62,483 nt of DNA from a virus (Duplodnaviria; Caudoviricetes), in IMG/VR virus record IMGVR_UViG_3300036851_000016, positions 1 through 62,483 of that record; one strand, written 5' to 3'. Made by a program: the position numbers and the translations under genes. Under the pieces are notes generated by a model. It did not search any database. It worked only from the letters and a program-made list of their open reading frames with translations, and was not told the DNA's origin. Of this stretch, positions 48,250-58,076 are shown one piece after another (positions within the stretch are counted from its first letter, which is position 1; the number at the start of each line of letters is the position of its first letter).

Positions 48250-48599
48250 TGAAACTACTTCAAAAGCAGTTTGAATTTGGTTTATTGTTACCTCTACTCT
48301 TGGCGAAAGCAACAGAGTTGGGGTATCAATATACTATGGGTGAAATTTTACGCTCACAAGAAGAAGCTAATAGATTAGCTAAACTTGGTGTAGGGAGTAA
48401 AAATTCTGTCCATAGGCTCAAACTTGCTGTAGACCTAAATCTTTTTAGAGATGGTGTCTACCAAACTAGTTCCGAGGCTCATAGAGCATTAGGAACTTAT
48501 TGGGAAAGTTTGAGTGCAGGTAAAGATTTTACTACTCATTGGGGTGGACATTGGGGAGATGGTAATCATTATTCCATAGGTCATGGTGGAGTAAAATGA
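48249..48599 (+). CDS. Endolysin, peptidase M15-like
   Basis: RS.EEA, S.H.LKLAVD, WGG, DGNHYS motifs. Confidence 0.85.
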   Translation: MKLLQKQFEFGLLLPLLLAKATELGYQYTMGEILRSQEEANRLAKLGVGSKNSVHRLKLAVDLNLFRDGVYQTSSEAHRALGTYWESLSAGKDFTTHWGGHWGDGNHYSIGHGGVK

Positions 48600-48970
48600 A
48601 GTCTCGTCCCTTTACTACTCTTGATTATTGGAAAGTAAAAGAACTACATAATAAGCATTATCCCGAATTTGAGTTTCCTCGATTCGATGAAATGCTTAAT
48701 GCCTATGTTATTGAAGATGAAGAAGGCATTATAATGGCAGGTGCAATAGAAAATGTGGCTGAGGCTGTATTAGTCACAAATAAGGACCGCAGTAGGGTTA
48801 CTATTGGCCGCGCACTTGTAGAGGCCCAGTCAATCTCGTTGTTCACTTGTAAGTCGTTTCGCATACATGACCTTTATGCATTCGTCAATAATGATGAATA
48901 TGCGAAACATCTTATAAAACATGGGTTCCGAGAGCATGGCTTAACTACATTAAGCATGAAGGTGCCATAA
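48596..48970 (+). CDS. B GNAT-like protein
   Basis: Homolog of 2458..2844. Confidence 0.6.
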   Translation: MKSRPFTTLDYWKVKELHNKHYPEFEFPRFDEMLNAYVIEDEEGIIMAGAIENVAEAVLVTNKDRSRVTIGRALVEAQSISLFTCKSFRIHDLYAFVNNDEYAKHLIKHGFREHGLTTLSMKVP

Positions 48971-50307
48971 TGGGAAAGAAAAAGCAAGAAGAAAATCCTG
49001 CATCACAGGTAATACAACAGGCTCAAACTGCGTATCAGAATACGCAACAGCCTACCGCTAATGAGGCTGCATTTGGGCCTATTAGTGACCAGTTCATGAA
49101 TAACTATAATACTGCTGTAGGTCAGAATACAGCAGATTATGGTAATATCATGGGCGCTTACCAACAGTTCCGCGAGGGACTTGGTGGACCTTCTAAATTT
49201 TCATACAATAAGGTTTCCGCTGAACGTCCCAAGGAATTAGGCAAAGCATATGGATATCTCGATGAAGCAATGCCGGGATATCGTGATTTTGCTGCTACAG
49301 GTGGATATTCTCCCACAGATATTCAAGAACTACGTGCGCGTGGTGTAGCTCCAATACGTGCTGCGTATGGAAACACCATGATGGAACTTGACAGAGCAAG
49401 GTCATTAGGTGGTGGGGGTGGCGCACCTAATTATATTGCTGCTGCAAGTCGCGCACAGAGAGATTTACCCGGTCAAATGGCTGATGCTATGACTACGGTT
49501 AACGCCGGTCTAGCAGATTCTATTCGACAGGGTAAACAATTTGGCCTATCAGGAATCAGTAATACTGGTTCTACAATGGGTGGACTTGCGAGTAACGAAG
49601 CAGGTCGTATGTTACAAGCTGCACTAGCTAATCAGGGTGCAGATTTGCAAACTCAACAAATGGGAGAACAATCCCTACAGAATCTCAGACAGATGCAATT
49701 AGCTGGTCTGGGTGGACAAGCATCACTGTATGGGACTACTCCTGGAATGTCTTCAATGTTTGGTAATCAAGCATTAAATGCGTGGCAACAGCGCGCAGGA
49801 ATGGAACAAGCAAGAAATCAATTTGGTATGGGATTACTTGACGCACAACTTCGCGGTTATGGTAGCCAAGAACAGAATAAGGGCACACCGTGGTGGCAGA
49901 CTGCATTAAGTGTTGCAGGAACAGCAGCCCCATATGTTGCTATGGCTATGTCTGATAGAAATATGAAACAGAATATTGAACCTGTAAATCCAAACTATCA
50001 GTTTGGTCAGGTTAACTTAAATCAACCTAGCACGGATAATCTTTTCACTTATTCCAGCAGGTTGATGAAAGATAACATCAAACCAGTTGGTAGAGGTTCT
50101 ACTATTAAAGGTAGCCCCTTCACTAAGAAACTGAATGAACTTCAGTTATATACTTGGAAATATAAGGGTGACGATACCAAGCATTTCGGACCAATGGCGC
50201 AGGATTTCAAAAAGAAGTTTGGCATAGGTGATGGTAAGACTTTACACCTTGCCGACGTTATGGGAGTGGTTCTTGCGTCTCAGAAAGAACAGGTGAAGAA
50301 TGCCTGA
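48970..50307 (+). CDS. B ejection protein with S74-like domain
   Basis: Homolog of 2837..4114. Confidence 0.75.
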   Translation: MGKKKQEENPASQVIQQAQTAYQNTQQPTANEAAFGPISDQFMNNYNTAVGQNTADYGNIMGAYQQFREGLGGPSKFSYNKVSAERPKELGKAYGYLDEAMPGYRDFAATGGYSPTDIQELRARGVAPIRAAYGNTMMELDRARSLGGGGGAPNYIAAASRAQRDLPGQMADAMTTVNAGLADSIRQGKQFGLSGISNTGSTMGGLASNEAGRMLQAALANQGADLQTQQMGEQSLQNLRQMQLAGLGGQASLYGTTPGMSSMFGNQALNAWQQRAGMEQARNQFGMGLLDAQLRGYGSQEQNKGTPWWQTALSVAGTAAPYVAMAMSDRNMKQNIEPVNPNYQFGQVNLNQPSTDNLFTYSSRLMKDNIKPVGRGSTIKGSPFTKKLNELQLYTWKYKGDDTKHFGPMAQDFKKKFGIGDGKTLHLADVMGVVLASQKEQVKNA

Positions 50308-51667
50308 TTTAATGCAGTTTCTGAGATTGCAGAATTTATTCGGTGCTCCGCAAATTACAGCACCGGGTATAGCTGGTGGTGATTTTATGCCACCACAAGA
50401 CTTTTCGCAGGCATTTTCACCACAGCCTGACCCATATGGAAATATATCATTTGGGCCAGCTACACAACAGGCTATGCCCGCGCAAACTCCTATGTTACCT
50501 ACACAAGCTCAGCCTACAGGTGGGTTTGATGTAGGTGCCAGAATGCGAGAACTCTATCAGCCAGAAACTATGGCTCAAGATAGATTTAATACTATGCTCG
50601 GTGAATATCCCGAAGCTACTAAACCCGGATGGCTTAAAGTAATTGGAGCCACACTTGCTGATTTAGCAAGACCCGGAACTGGTATGCAAGTTGTCGAAGG
50701 TGGTAGAACAAGGAAAGTTGCAGATTGGAAGAATAAGATTGGTGCTGCTCAGGATGCGGCAAGTTTAGAGCGACAGACTAATGTTAATGAACGTCAACTA
50801 GCAGGAACTATTGCAACACAAGAAAGACTATCAGCAGCAGACCAAGCGCGTGCAGAAAAGGATGCTGCTAGAACTAAGATAATGCAGGACCGTGCTGAGG
50901 TATATAGACTCAAGTCTCTGAGAGGAAACTTTAAGTTTAATTTCAGCGGTCCTAAAGTTATCATTACGGACCCTGCTACTGGTAAAGTTGAACAGACAGA
51001 CATTGATACAGGTTCATTGTCTGATGCTGATAAGATGGCACTATCTCAGGATAATGCTCTTGAATTAGAGGGCGTTAGACAAGAAGGTCGTGAAAGTCTC
51101 GAAGGTATTAGACAGGGTGGTAGGGAATCCTTAGCTGAAACTAGGGGTTGGAAAGAAGCAATAGTTCCTGACCCTGATAATCCCGGTAGACAGATAGCTA
51201 TTCTGTATAATCAAATAACAGGCGAATCCAAACCGCTTCAATTTGGTGGTAAGTCTGTTACTGGTATGAATAAGCCCGGCACACAAACTGGTGGAAGGTC
51301 GGGTGAATTACCCACACAGACTAAAGTTAGACAGGCTACGGCTGCGAGGGAATTTGTAGCCAAAAATCCTGCTCTTTCTAAATATGTTCAATTTACCCCT
51401 GGTAATGAATTCTCAATTACGCCTCCTGCTACTGGTAGATTTTCTACTGGGCCAAGTCAGGATGATTATAACAAAATAGTGAAAGCAATATATGGAGATG
51501 ACCTTCCTATCTCAGCTACTAGGACTGGTGATACAGGAACTGGGACACCAACACTTACCACTAAATTTAATCCTAATAATCCTAACCACAAGCGTCAGAG
51601 AAGTCCTAGCACTGGTAAGATTCGTGAGTCTTACGATGGTGGTAAAACATGGCAAATCGTCAACTAA
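50300..51667 (+). CDS. B ejection protein 2
   Basis: Homolog of 4114..5421. Confidence 0.65.
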   Translation: MPDLMQFLRLQNLFGAPQITAPGIAGGDFMPPQDFSQAFSPQPDPYGNISFGPATQQAMPAQTPMLPTQAQPTGGFDVGARMRELYQPETMAQDRFNTMLGEYPEATKPGWLKVIGATLADLARPGTGMQVVEGGRTRKVADWKNKIGAAQDAASLERQTNVNERQLAGTIATQERLSAADQARAEKDAARTKIMQDRAEVYRLKSLRGNFKFNFSGPKVIITDPATGKVEQTDIDTGSLSDADKMALSQDNALELEGVRQEGRESLEGIRQGGRESLAETRGWKEAIVPDPDNPGRQIAILYNQITGESKPLQFGGKSVTGMNKPGTQTGGRSGELPTQTKVRQATAAREFVAKNPALSKYVQFTPGNEFSITPPATGRFSTGPSQDDYNKIVKAIYGDDLPISATRTGDTGTGTPTLTTKFNPNNPNHKRQRSPSTGKIRESYDGGKTWQIVN

Positions 51668-53790
51668 CCGAACCTGACGATTGGGAAGATGTTAGTGATT
51701 GGGAAGACGATACACGTCCTACACTAACTGTTCCTTCTCAGACACCTGCACCTACACAACAGCCTTCTATGTTAGGGGGAATATGGGATGCTATATCTCA
51801 ACCCCTAACTACGTTGCCATCTGAATTCGCTGATACCATTGCGAATTACATCGATAGACCTTCATTAGAACGTAGTCCGCTACGTGCTCAAATTGAAGGT
51901 TTTGGCGCTGGTGCTGTTGAAGGATTAGGGGATGTAATTTCAGGATTAACATCTCCTATAGACCTAGCTATTACTGCTTTAACAGGTGGAAGTAGTATGG
52001 CTATGAAAGCTGGTCTACCAGCTATAGCTAAAGGTCTATCTATAGCTGGTAAAGGTGCTGGTGGATTAGTTGCTGCGCATGGTGCGGGTAATGTATTCTC
52101 TCCAGAATCTACACTTGCAGAAAGAGGATTTGGATTAGCAGAAATGGCGGGTGGTGTAGGGGGTATGACTCATACTCCAAAAATATCAGCCATTGGTGAT
52201 TCTGTTAAAACTGGTAAGACTCCGCCTATTACTGCTGAATCATTTGGACCGGGATTCTTCAAAGGTGGTGGTCCTGAGAAAGCAGCCGAAATAGCTAAGG
52301 GTGTAACTAAAAAGGTTGAAACTCCTGCACCTAAAGTAGAAGGTGATATTATCGATAAATATGCCAAATTGAGAGCAGTTCCAGTAGGAACTAACTATAC
52401 AGTCAGTGCCTCAAGTATGACGCGTAGGCAGTTGACTGATGCTATTAAACTAGGATTTGATTATCAAGAACTGGCAGGTGATGGAAGCAAGATAATAATG
52501 AAAAAGGTTAGGGAATCACCCCAACCTAAAATGCCAGAACCACCGGAAGTGGAAACTAACGCACTATTGGATGCTGCTAATATACCACGCACCATTATGG
52601 CGTCAATGGATATGTCCGCTCCACTTAGACAGGGGATTGGACTTGTCCATCGTAAAGAATTCTGGAATGCCCTCCCTGATATGTTTAGAGCATGGGGTTC
52701 TGAGGATGCTTATAAATCTATTCAGAAGGGTATTACCGATGACCCAATTTTCAAGAAAAGGGTAACTGCTGATGGTCAGGTAAAACCATCATTTGCAGAG
52801 GATGTGGGTCTAAAACTTACTGACCTTAATAATTTTACTAACAGGGAAGAAACTATGCTATCAACTATAGCGGAGAAGATTCCTGGTGTGCGTAGGTCTA
52901 ATAGAGCGTATACAGCTTTCCTGAATAAGTTGAGAGCAGATACGTTCCGACAGATGACGCAGGACTATGGTGTCGTATCTGGCACCAATATGCGTAATAA
53001 TGTCAAGCTTGGTAAAGAGATTGCTGAGTTTGTAAATAACGCTACAGGTCGGGGTGATTTAGGTAAGTTAGAACCATCTGCTAAGGCTCTATCTACTGTA
53101 TTGTTTTCACCCAGACTTATAGCTTCGCGCTTAGGTATGATGGCTAAGGGAACACAAGCACTATTTAGTCCCGAAGTCTACACAATATCCCAACCATCAG
53201 TGCGTAGAGAATATCTGAAATCTCTAGCTGCTATTGCTGGCACAGCAGGAACCTTTACACAGTTAATGAGACTGGGTGGAGCTACTGTAGAAACAGACCT
53301 AGCATCTAGCGACTTTGGTAAACCTAAGATTGGGAACACCAGAATTGACCCCTATGGTGGTTTCCAACAATATGTTGTATTAATGCAGAGGCTGATGCCT
53401 CAATTAGATTTAAGTTCTATGGGATTAGGTGAGATTGGTGGGAAGATGAAATCTACCACTACAGGTCGTGAATATGACCTTGCTAATCCTCAATTTGGAC
53501 AATCGGATAAAGCTGATGTTTTGAACAGATTTATCCGTTCCAAGACTAATCCCATAATCAATTTCGCGTGGGGAATGATGTCTGCTCAGAAGGAAATATC
53601 AGGGCAGAAAATGGATGTAACAAATCCAAATCCAATGGAGAATGCTATTGCTCAGAGATTCATACCCATGCTAATTCAAGATGTGTATGAACTTGTGAAT
53701 GATGAAGTTACACCACCACAAGCAAAAGCTCTAGCTACGTTCCTCTCCACCTTTGGTATGGGTTCACAAACTTATGGGGGTAGACAATAA
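51649..53790 (+). CDS. B ejection protein 3
   Basis: Homolog of 5423..7393 (SNRAYTA, APRLIASR/SPRLIASR, DFGK). Confidence 0.65.
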   Translation: MANRQLTEPDDWEDVSDWEDDTRPTLTVPSQTPAPTQQPSMLGGIWDAISQPLTTLPSEFADTIANYIDRPSLERSPLRAQIEGFGAGAVEGLGDVISGLTSPIDLAITALTGGSSMAMKAGLPAIAKGLSIAGKGAGGLVAAHGAGNVFSPESTLAERGFGLAEMAGGVGGMTHTPKISAIGDSVKTGKTPPITAESFGPGFFKGGGPEKAAEIAKGVTKKVETPAPKVEGDIIDKYAKLRAVPVGTNYTVSASSMTRRQLTDAIKLGFDYQELAGDGSKIIMKKVRESPQPKMPEPPEVETNALLDAANIPRTIMASMDMSAPLRQGIGLVHRKEFWNALPDMFRAWGSEDAYKSIQKGITDDPIFKKRVTADGQVKPSFAEDVGLKLTDLNNFTNREETMLSTIAEKIPGVRRSNRAYTAFLNKLRADTFRQMTQDYGVVSGTNMRNNVKLGKEIAEFVNNATGRGDLGKLEPSAKALSTVLFSPRLIASRLGMMAKGTQALFSPEVYTISQPSVRREYLKSLAAIAGTAGTFTQLMRLGGATVETDLASSDFGKPKIGNTRIDPYGGFQQYVVLMQRLMPQLDLSSMGLGEIGGKMKSTTTGREYDLANPQFGQSDKADVLNRFIRSKTNPIINFAWGMMSAQKEISGQKMDVTNPNPMENAIAQRFIPMLIQDVYELVNDEVTPPQAKALATFLSTFGMGSQTYGGRQ

Positions 53791-53990
53791 TGCCGCAAAT
53801 TGCTTGGAGAATCATCATCGTCGTAATCGTCGCTGTGTTTCTCACCCTACTAGTTCCACCAATATTGGGACTATTGGGAATTACTCTTGCGGGTAATGCA
53901 TATCAAATCATCAAGATTTGTCTTGCATTAATCGCAGTATTTTACATTATTTGGGGTGGTCCTGTGGCATTCCCCCCACTTCGTAGTTAG
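53790..53990 (+). CDS. B small membrane protein
   Basis: Near-identical to 9037..9237. Confidence 0.7.
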   Translation: MPQIAWRIIIVVIVAVFLTLLVPPILGLLGITLAGNAYQIIKICLALIAVFYIIWGGPVAFPPLRS

Positions 53991-54402
53991 GGAAACCTTC
54001 CCAAGTTCCCTCTCTCATCTGACGCTGTAATTTTTCTTTTATGGCGTCAGATTTACTCCTTCTATCCCGCCTATCTGCCATCCACAAAGCTGTTATTACA
54101 GCAATGTCTTTTTCTGTATCAGCAATTGATTCATTTCTCGGAGTCTTTTGTCCACTTTCCAGATTCGCGAGTCTGTATATTTTCTCAGCGAGTCTGCCCA
54201 CGAAACCAGCATCTTCTGGAGAGTGACTAAACATTGTAGCCATCTGACCTGCAAAGTGATAATTACCACTCGGATTCTTATCGGACGCATAATCGTGAGA
54301 CTTAGCATCATGCGTGTCAGCCATTTCTTCCAGTAAGGAATAGAAGGTGGGGGAACCGTGGCGAGATTTTCGTTCAGGAATATCCATCCTATACCCTCGC
54401 AT
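53947..54402 (-). CDS. B DUF1599/Nmad1-like protein
   Basis: Homolog of 9379..9921. Confidence 0.65.
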   Translation of the reverse strand: MRGYRMDIPERKSRHGSPTFYSLLEEMADTHDAKSHDYASDKNPSGNYHFAGQMATMFSHSPEDAGFVGRLAEKIYRLANLESGQKTPRNESIADTEKDIAVITALWMADRRDRRSKSDAIKEKLQRQMREGTWEGFPNYEVGGMPQDHPK

Positions 54403-54484
54403 CTATCGCAGGTTATTTTTGGATGAAAGACGGATAACTGCTTATATCCGTCTCCACCACACTTGATACACTTGTAAGAGTGTG

Positions 54485-54865
54485 TCATCTTCTTTTCCTA
54501 AAGAAATCAGGAGTTCTCTGATTCTTTGAGATTCCAATCGGACCAAAGTAAATTTCGCAATCTACATCATGTAGATGCATATCTCTTACTTCAGCCTTGA
54601 ACATTTCAGGGCTAGTAGTTTTGATTCTAAATACGTGACGCGATAATCCAGCGTCACCTTCTACAGCACCTACCATAGAAGTTAGAATCCATGCAGTCCC
54701 GATGTAGTATCTCTCTACATCGTCAGAGTCTAAGTAATCTTTCGAGAACATCATTGGGTGTATACCCCGTATATTTAGGTGCCTTAGGTAAGGCGATGAC
54801 ATTGGCAAGTTGCCAGTATTTGTTAGGAATATGGTAACTAATATCCCATCTTTCAGGTGGCTCAC
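54485..54865 (-). CDS. B conserved hypothetical protein (true start probably downstream)
   Basis: Homolog of 10091..10327. Confidence 0.65.
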   Translation of the reverse strand: MSHLKDGILVTIFLTNTGNLPMSSPYLRHLNIRGIHPMMFSKDYLDSDDVERYYIGTAWILTSMVGAVEGDAGLSRHVFRIKTTSPEMFKAEVRDMHLHDVDCEIYFGPIGISKNQRTPDFFRKRR

Positions 54866-55244
54866 CTTCCACGAAAGAGGGTTTAGTATAGGTCATTCCC
54901 AGTAAAAACCAACCAGGATAATCTGACCCATCATCATGTAATCTTGATTTCCAACACACTACCTGACACCGCATGGGTGTTATGTAGTTATCGTAAATCT
55001 TAACGAGTGCGAGGTAGAGTCTGATGCGATGTTCATACAGTTCATCCATTGTGTGATGACCGTCTGATACAGAATCAGCTTCTACCTCTAATACTTCTGG
55101 TGTTTCGTTTTCTATTTCATTCGCTTGTAATAGCCGAGCATTCTTGAGTAAGTATCTACTCATTGAATGGCGCTCTTTCAGGAAATCCATATTCAATAGA
55201 TTTTTGGTCAAATACCTCAGCGAGTATTCGCGAGGCATCAACAT
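54723..55244 (-). CDS. WDGH-like phage domain protein
   Basis: SDGHHTMDELYEHR, WKSRLHDDG, GWF, ISYH, DVLERL; absent in A. Confidence 0.65.
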   Translation of the reverse strand: MLMPREYSLRYLTKNLLNMDFLKERHSMSRYLLKNARLLQANEIENETPEVLEVEADSVSDGHHTMDELYEHRIRLYLALVKIYDNYITPMRCQVVCWKSRLHDDGSDYPGWFLLGMTYTKPSFVEGEPPERWDISYHIPNKYWQLANVIALPKAPKYTGYTPNDVLERLLRL

Positions 55245-55536
55245 CTATTTCAGCTAGTATGATTAGTCCATAGATAATAGAATCAGCTATCTCTATAGCT
55301 AACTTCTGTTTCAATTCAGAAAGATTGTTCTTAGATAATCCGGCTTCTTTATTAGGTAAGCCTTGATTAAGTCTGCGAATCTTTTTAGCTACATTAGCAG
55401 CTTCGCCAGATTCACCACACATTGCACCCGCCCATTCAAGTAGTGTCCAATTAGTTTGACCATTATTGTGCCAACGAATAGCACGTATAGCGTTAATCTC
55501 CTGAAATTTGCTAATGTCCATTAGTCTACCTTCCAA
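55156..55536 (-). CDS. MazG-like pyrophosphohydrolase (different subfamily from A)
   Basis: GESGEAANVAKK, EIADSIIY. Confidence 0.75.
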   Translation of the reverse strand: MEGRLMDISKFQEINAIRAIRWHNNGQTNWTLLEWAGAMCGESGEAANVAKKIRRLNQGLPNKEAGLSKNNLSELKQKLAIEIADSIIYGLIILAEIDVDASRILAEVFDQKSIEYGFPERAPFNE

Positions 55537-55802
55537 GGATTGAAATCATTACCCGGTTTTGTGGGGTCGCCCATCTTATAGTCAGCAGGTCGTATACCAT
55601 CACAGGGAGGACTTTTGCATATCCTTCCTACACATAACTTCTGACGACCAAAATTGACTATCCCACATTTACATTTCCACGGAGGAACATTACCATATAT
55701 TTGACTTCGACGATATTCTTCCCAAGTGTGAATTTTTTCAGGATTCTTCGATTCCTCTTGGGGGTCTATAGTCATGTCGTCCGGTGGTAAGATAATTGGC
55801 AT
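55521..55802 (-). CDS. B zinc-ribbon protein
   Basis: WKCKCG..N.....C; positional homolog of 11422..11688. Confidence 0.55.
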   Translation of the reverse strand: MPIILPPDDMTIDPQEESKNPEKIHTWEEYRRSQIYGNVPPWKCKCGIVNFGRQKLCVGRICKSPPCDGIRPADYKMGDPTKPGNDFNPWKVD

Positions 55803-55936
55803 AACGCTCCAATGCGATTAGCATCATCCTCTGTTTATCTTGTTTGTTCCACTCCACCCAACGGTCTTTATATTCAGCATTCCACATTGGATAGGGGCAA
55901 TGTTCTATATCCCCTATTGTCCAATAGTCATAAGGG

Positions 55937-56182
55937 TCAAACGGCTTGATTCGGGAAATCCGTTCTTTTGACATTGGCAGCGCGTGGACCCTTAGGAGAC
56001 TTAACAATGTCGAATTCAAGTTCGATGAATTCTCCCTTCTTTCCACGCACTTTCTCGAAATCGGATTCCAAGTCTTCCCAATGCCCATTGAAATCTGAGC
56101 GATGGAAGAATATTTCAGAACCATCGGCTTTAATAAAACCGAAGTTCTTCTGTGGAATTATGTTCTTGAGTTGTCCCTTCAT
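55937..56182 (-). CDS. Second cold-shock domain protein (B only)
   Basis: KNFGFI, IFFHRS, KGPRAANV. Confidence 0.85.
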   Translation of the reverse strand: MKGQLKNIIPQKNFGFIKADGSEIFFHRSDFNGHWEDLESDFEKVRGKKGEFIELEFDIVKSPKGPRAANVKRTDFPNQAV

Positions 56183-56415
56183 TATTCGTTCCTCGCAATC
56201 GCTGCATTTGCCCAGAAGATAGCTTCTTCCAGTTTGGTAATAGCAAGAGATTGCTCTCTTGAAGGTGGGGTATTCTTCACGATGTTGTAGGCTAATACCC
56301 TAGCCTCATCGCGCAGGAAAACATATCTTTCCTGTTGGTCATTCTTGGGAGCGTGATATTGAAAGTTGTTTTCAATCTGTCTTCCCATCTTGGTTTCGAT
56401 TTCGTAATTGTGCAT
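56182..56415 (-). CDS. B Acb2/Tad1-like protein
   Basis: SREQSLAITKLEEAIFWANAAIARN. Confidence 0.6.
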   Translation of the reverse strand: MHNYEIETKMGRQIENNFQYHAPKNDQQERYVFLRDEARVLAYNIVKNTPPSREQSLAITKLEEAIFWANAAIARNE

Positions 56416-56418
56416 CTC

Positions 56419-57711
56419 TCACTCCTTTACAATTTTCCCCATTTTACCTGTCATGAATATCTTCATTTCGTTGGCTTGTTGTTCCGGCATTGTGTAGAGA
56501 ATCTGATTCCCTACGCTATTAGTTTTAATCATTCCTGATGCATCAAAACCTGCCATCATATCATCGAATTCCGTAGCATTTTCATAATGCTGCCACATCT
56601 TCTTCATCAACACTGTTCGTGTCACTGAATGTGTGTCTCTATTAAGGAGTTCCATGATAATCAAAGTCTTAAGCATTGCAGATTGACTAATACCCTGCTT
56701 GCCAAGGGTAGTCTTACGGACGTTTCCTAGTAGTTTCTCTGATTGAACTATGGCTTCATGCATAGCCTCAGGACTTATCACTAGTTTTGGATTACGTGCG
56801 AGGGATAGCAGCATTGCTACCTTTAACACACTATCACCAAATCTATTCAGTGTGCCAGTCTCATCCTTCTCAGATGTTTTGATTAATTCTTTGAAGTTGT
56901 CATACCAGTCATCGTATATGATTCCAACTTCATTGAAATATAGTTCGCGTGAACCACGCTTTGATTTCTTAATCTTACGATACTTAAACTCATCGGACTT
57001 ATCACCTTCCATCGGTGCGAATGGTCCGGAGAGTTTAGCTATTTCTCTTAAGTAGTTTGCCGAATTAGCGTAATTGGGAGGATTCTCCAATCTATATATG
57101 AGAGAATTTGAATTCTGTCCCTCTTTCTCATATATGATAAAAGTGCGCGCGAAGTATCCACCCTGAATTGCGCTTCGGGTAAAGAAATCCTCACTCATAG
57201 CTTCATTCGTCGCTGTGAGCATGGTTATCGTAGGATTCTTAAGTTCAAAAGTCTCCATCTTTAATAGAGACTTCCACTCTCCTACGTTATATTGTCTATC
57301 ATACAAGTCAGTGAGGATTTTGGTAGCGACCTTATCCTCGACAATTGACGATGATAGTTCTGAGCTACAAATGAACGCTACAGATTTAGTCTGAACCTTT
57401 CCGCCTGGAACTGTATATGCTGTGCCTAAATCTTTCAATATACCCTGAATTGATGACCTACCGTCAATGATACGTGTGTTATTGACAGGTCTAACCAATT
57501 GCTTTGCCATACTGATAGGTGGACCTTTCTTTAGTCCAGACTCAGCATGTAACATCACATAGATGTTAGGGTATAAATTGTAGATTTGTCTATTCAGCCA
57601 TACTTGGTCTTTGATAACTGCCGACATTGCAGCTATCGCGCTCCAATACCAGAATGATTCAGGACTCTCTAGTTCATTGTGTTGCTCAACTATTTCCTGA
57701 AGCCAATTCAT
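56419..57711 (-). CDS. B DUF3987-like ATPase
   Basis: Homolog of 11906..13210. Confidence 0.75.
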   Translation of the reverse strand: MNWLQEIVEQHNELESPESFWYWSAIAAMSAVIKDQVWLNRQIYNLYPNIYVMLHAESGLKKGPPISMAKQLVRPVNNTRIIDGRSSIQGILKDLGTAYTVPGGKVQTKSVAFICSSELSSSIVEDKVATKILTDLYDRQYNVGEWKSLLKMETFELKNPTITMLTATNEAMSEDFFTRSAIQGGYFARTFIIYEKEGQNSNSLIYRLENPPNYANSANYLREIAKLSGPFAPMEGDKSDEFKYRKIKKSKRGSRELYFNEVGIIYDDWYDNFKELIKTSEKDETGTLNRFGDSVLKVAMLLSLARNPKLVISPEAMHEAIVQSEKLLGNVRKTTLGKQGISQSAMLKTLIIMELLNRDTHSVTRTVLMKKMWQHYENATEFDDMMAGFDASGMIKTNSVGNQILYTMPEQQANEMKIFMTGKMGKIVKE

Positions 57712-57874
57712 CTGGCATCACACTGTTAACGACCGTTATGGCCGGAATTAGACAATCGGGACACTCTGGTCTCATATCGTCTGTGACCCAATGTTGTTTA
57801 CAACGTAGACACTTTACTTCACGAGATTTCATGTTGTGGTCTTTTTCCTTGCTAGAAGGGGATATCGTCATCAA
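57686..57874 (-). CDS. B small zinc-ribbon protein
   Basis: CLRC and CPDC. Confidence 0.5.
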   Translation of the reverse strand: MMTISPSSKEKDHNMKSREVKCLRCKQHWVTDDMRPECPDCLIPAITVVNSVMPDELASGNS

Positions 57875-58076
57875 TCACCTGCAATTCTGTCTTAATGTCA
57901 TTCACAATACGCTTGTGAACTCCAGCTAAGACGATTAAAAATTGACCCAATAACCCGGTTAGGTTACTGTCCATTACAGTATCAATAGATTTGCAGTCCC
58001 ACATAGTTTCACCTTTAGAGTTTACTACTTTGGACTCAGTTCTGCAAACTAGTGTAAGCTCGAATTGTGCCTTCAT
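57852..58076 (-). CDS. B DDIPF-tail protein
   Basis: Homolog of 13363..13566. Confidence 0.7.
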   Translation of the reverse strand: MKAQFELTLVCRTESKVVNSKGETMWDCKSIDTVMDSNLTGLLGQFLIVLAGVHKRIVNDIKTELQVIDDDIPF

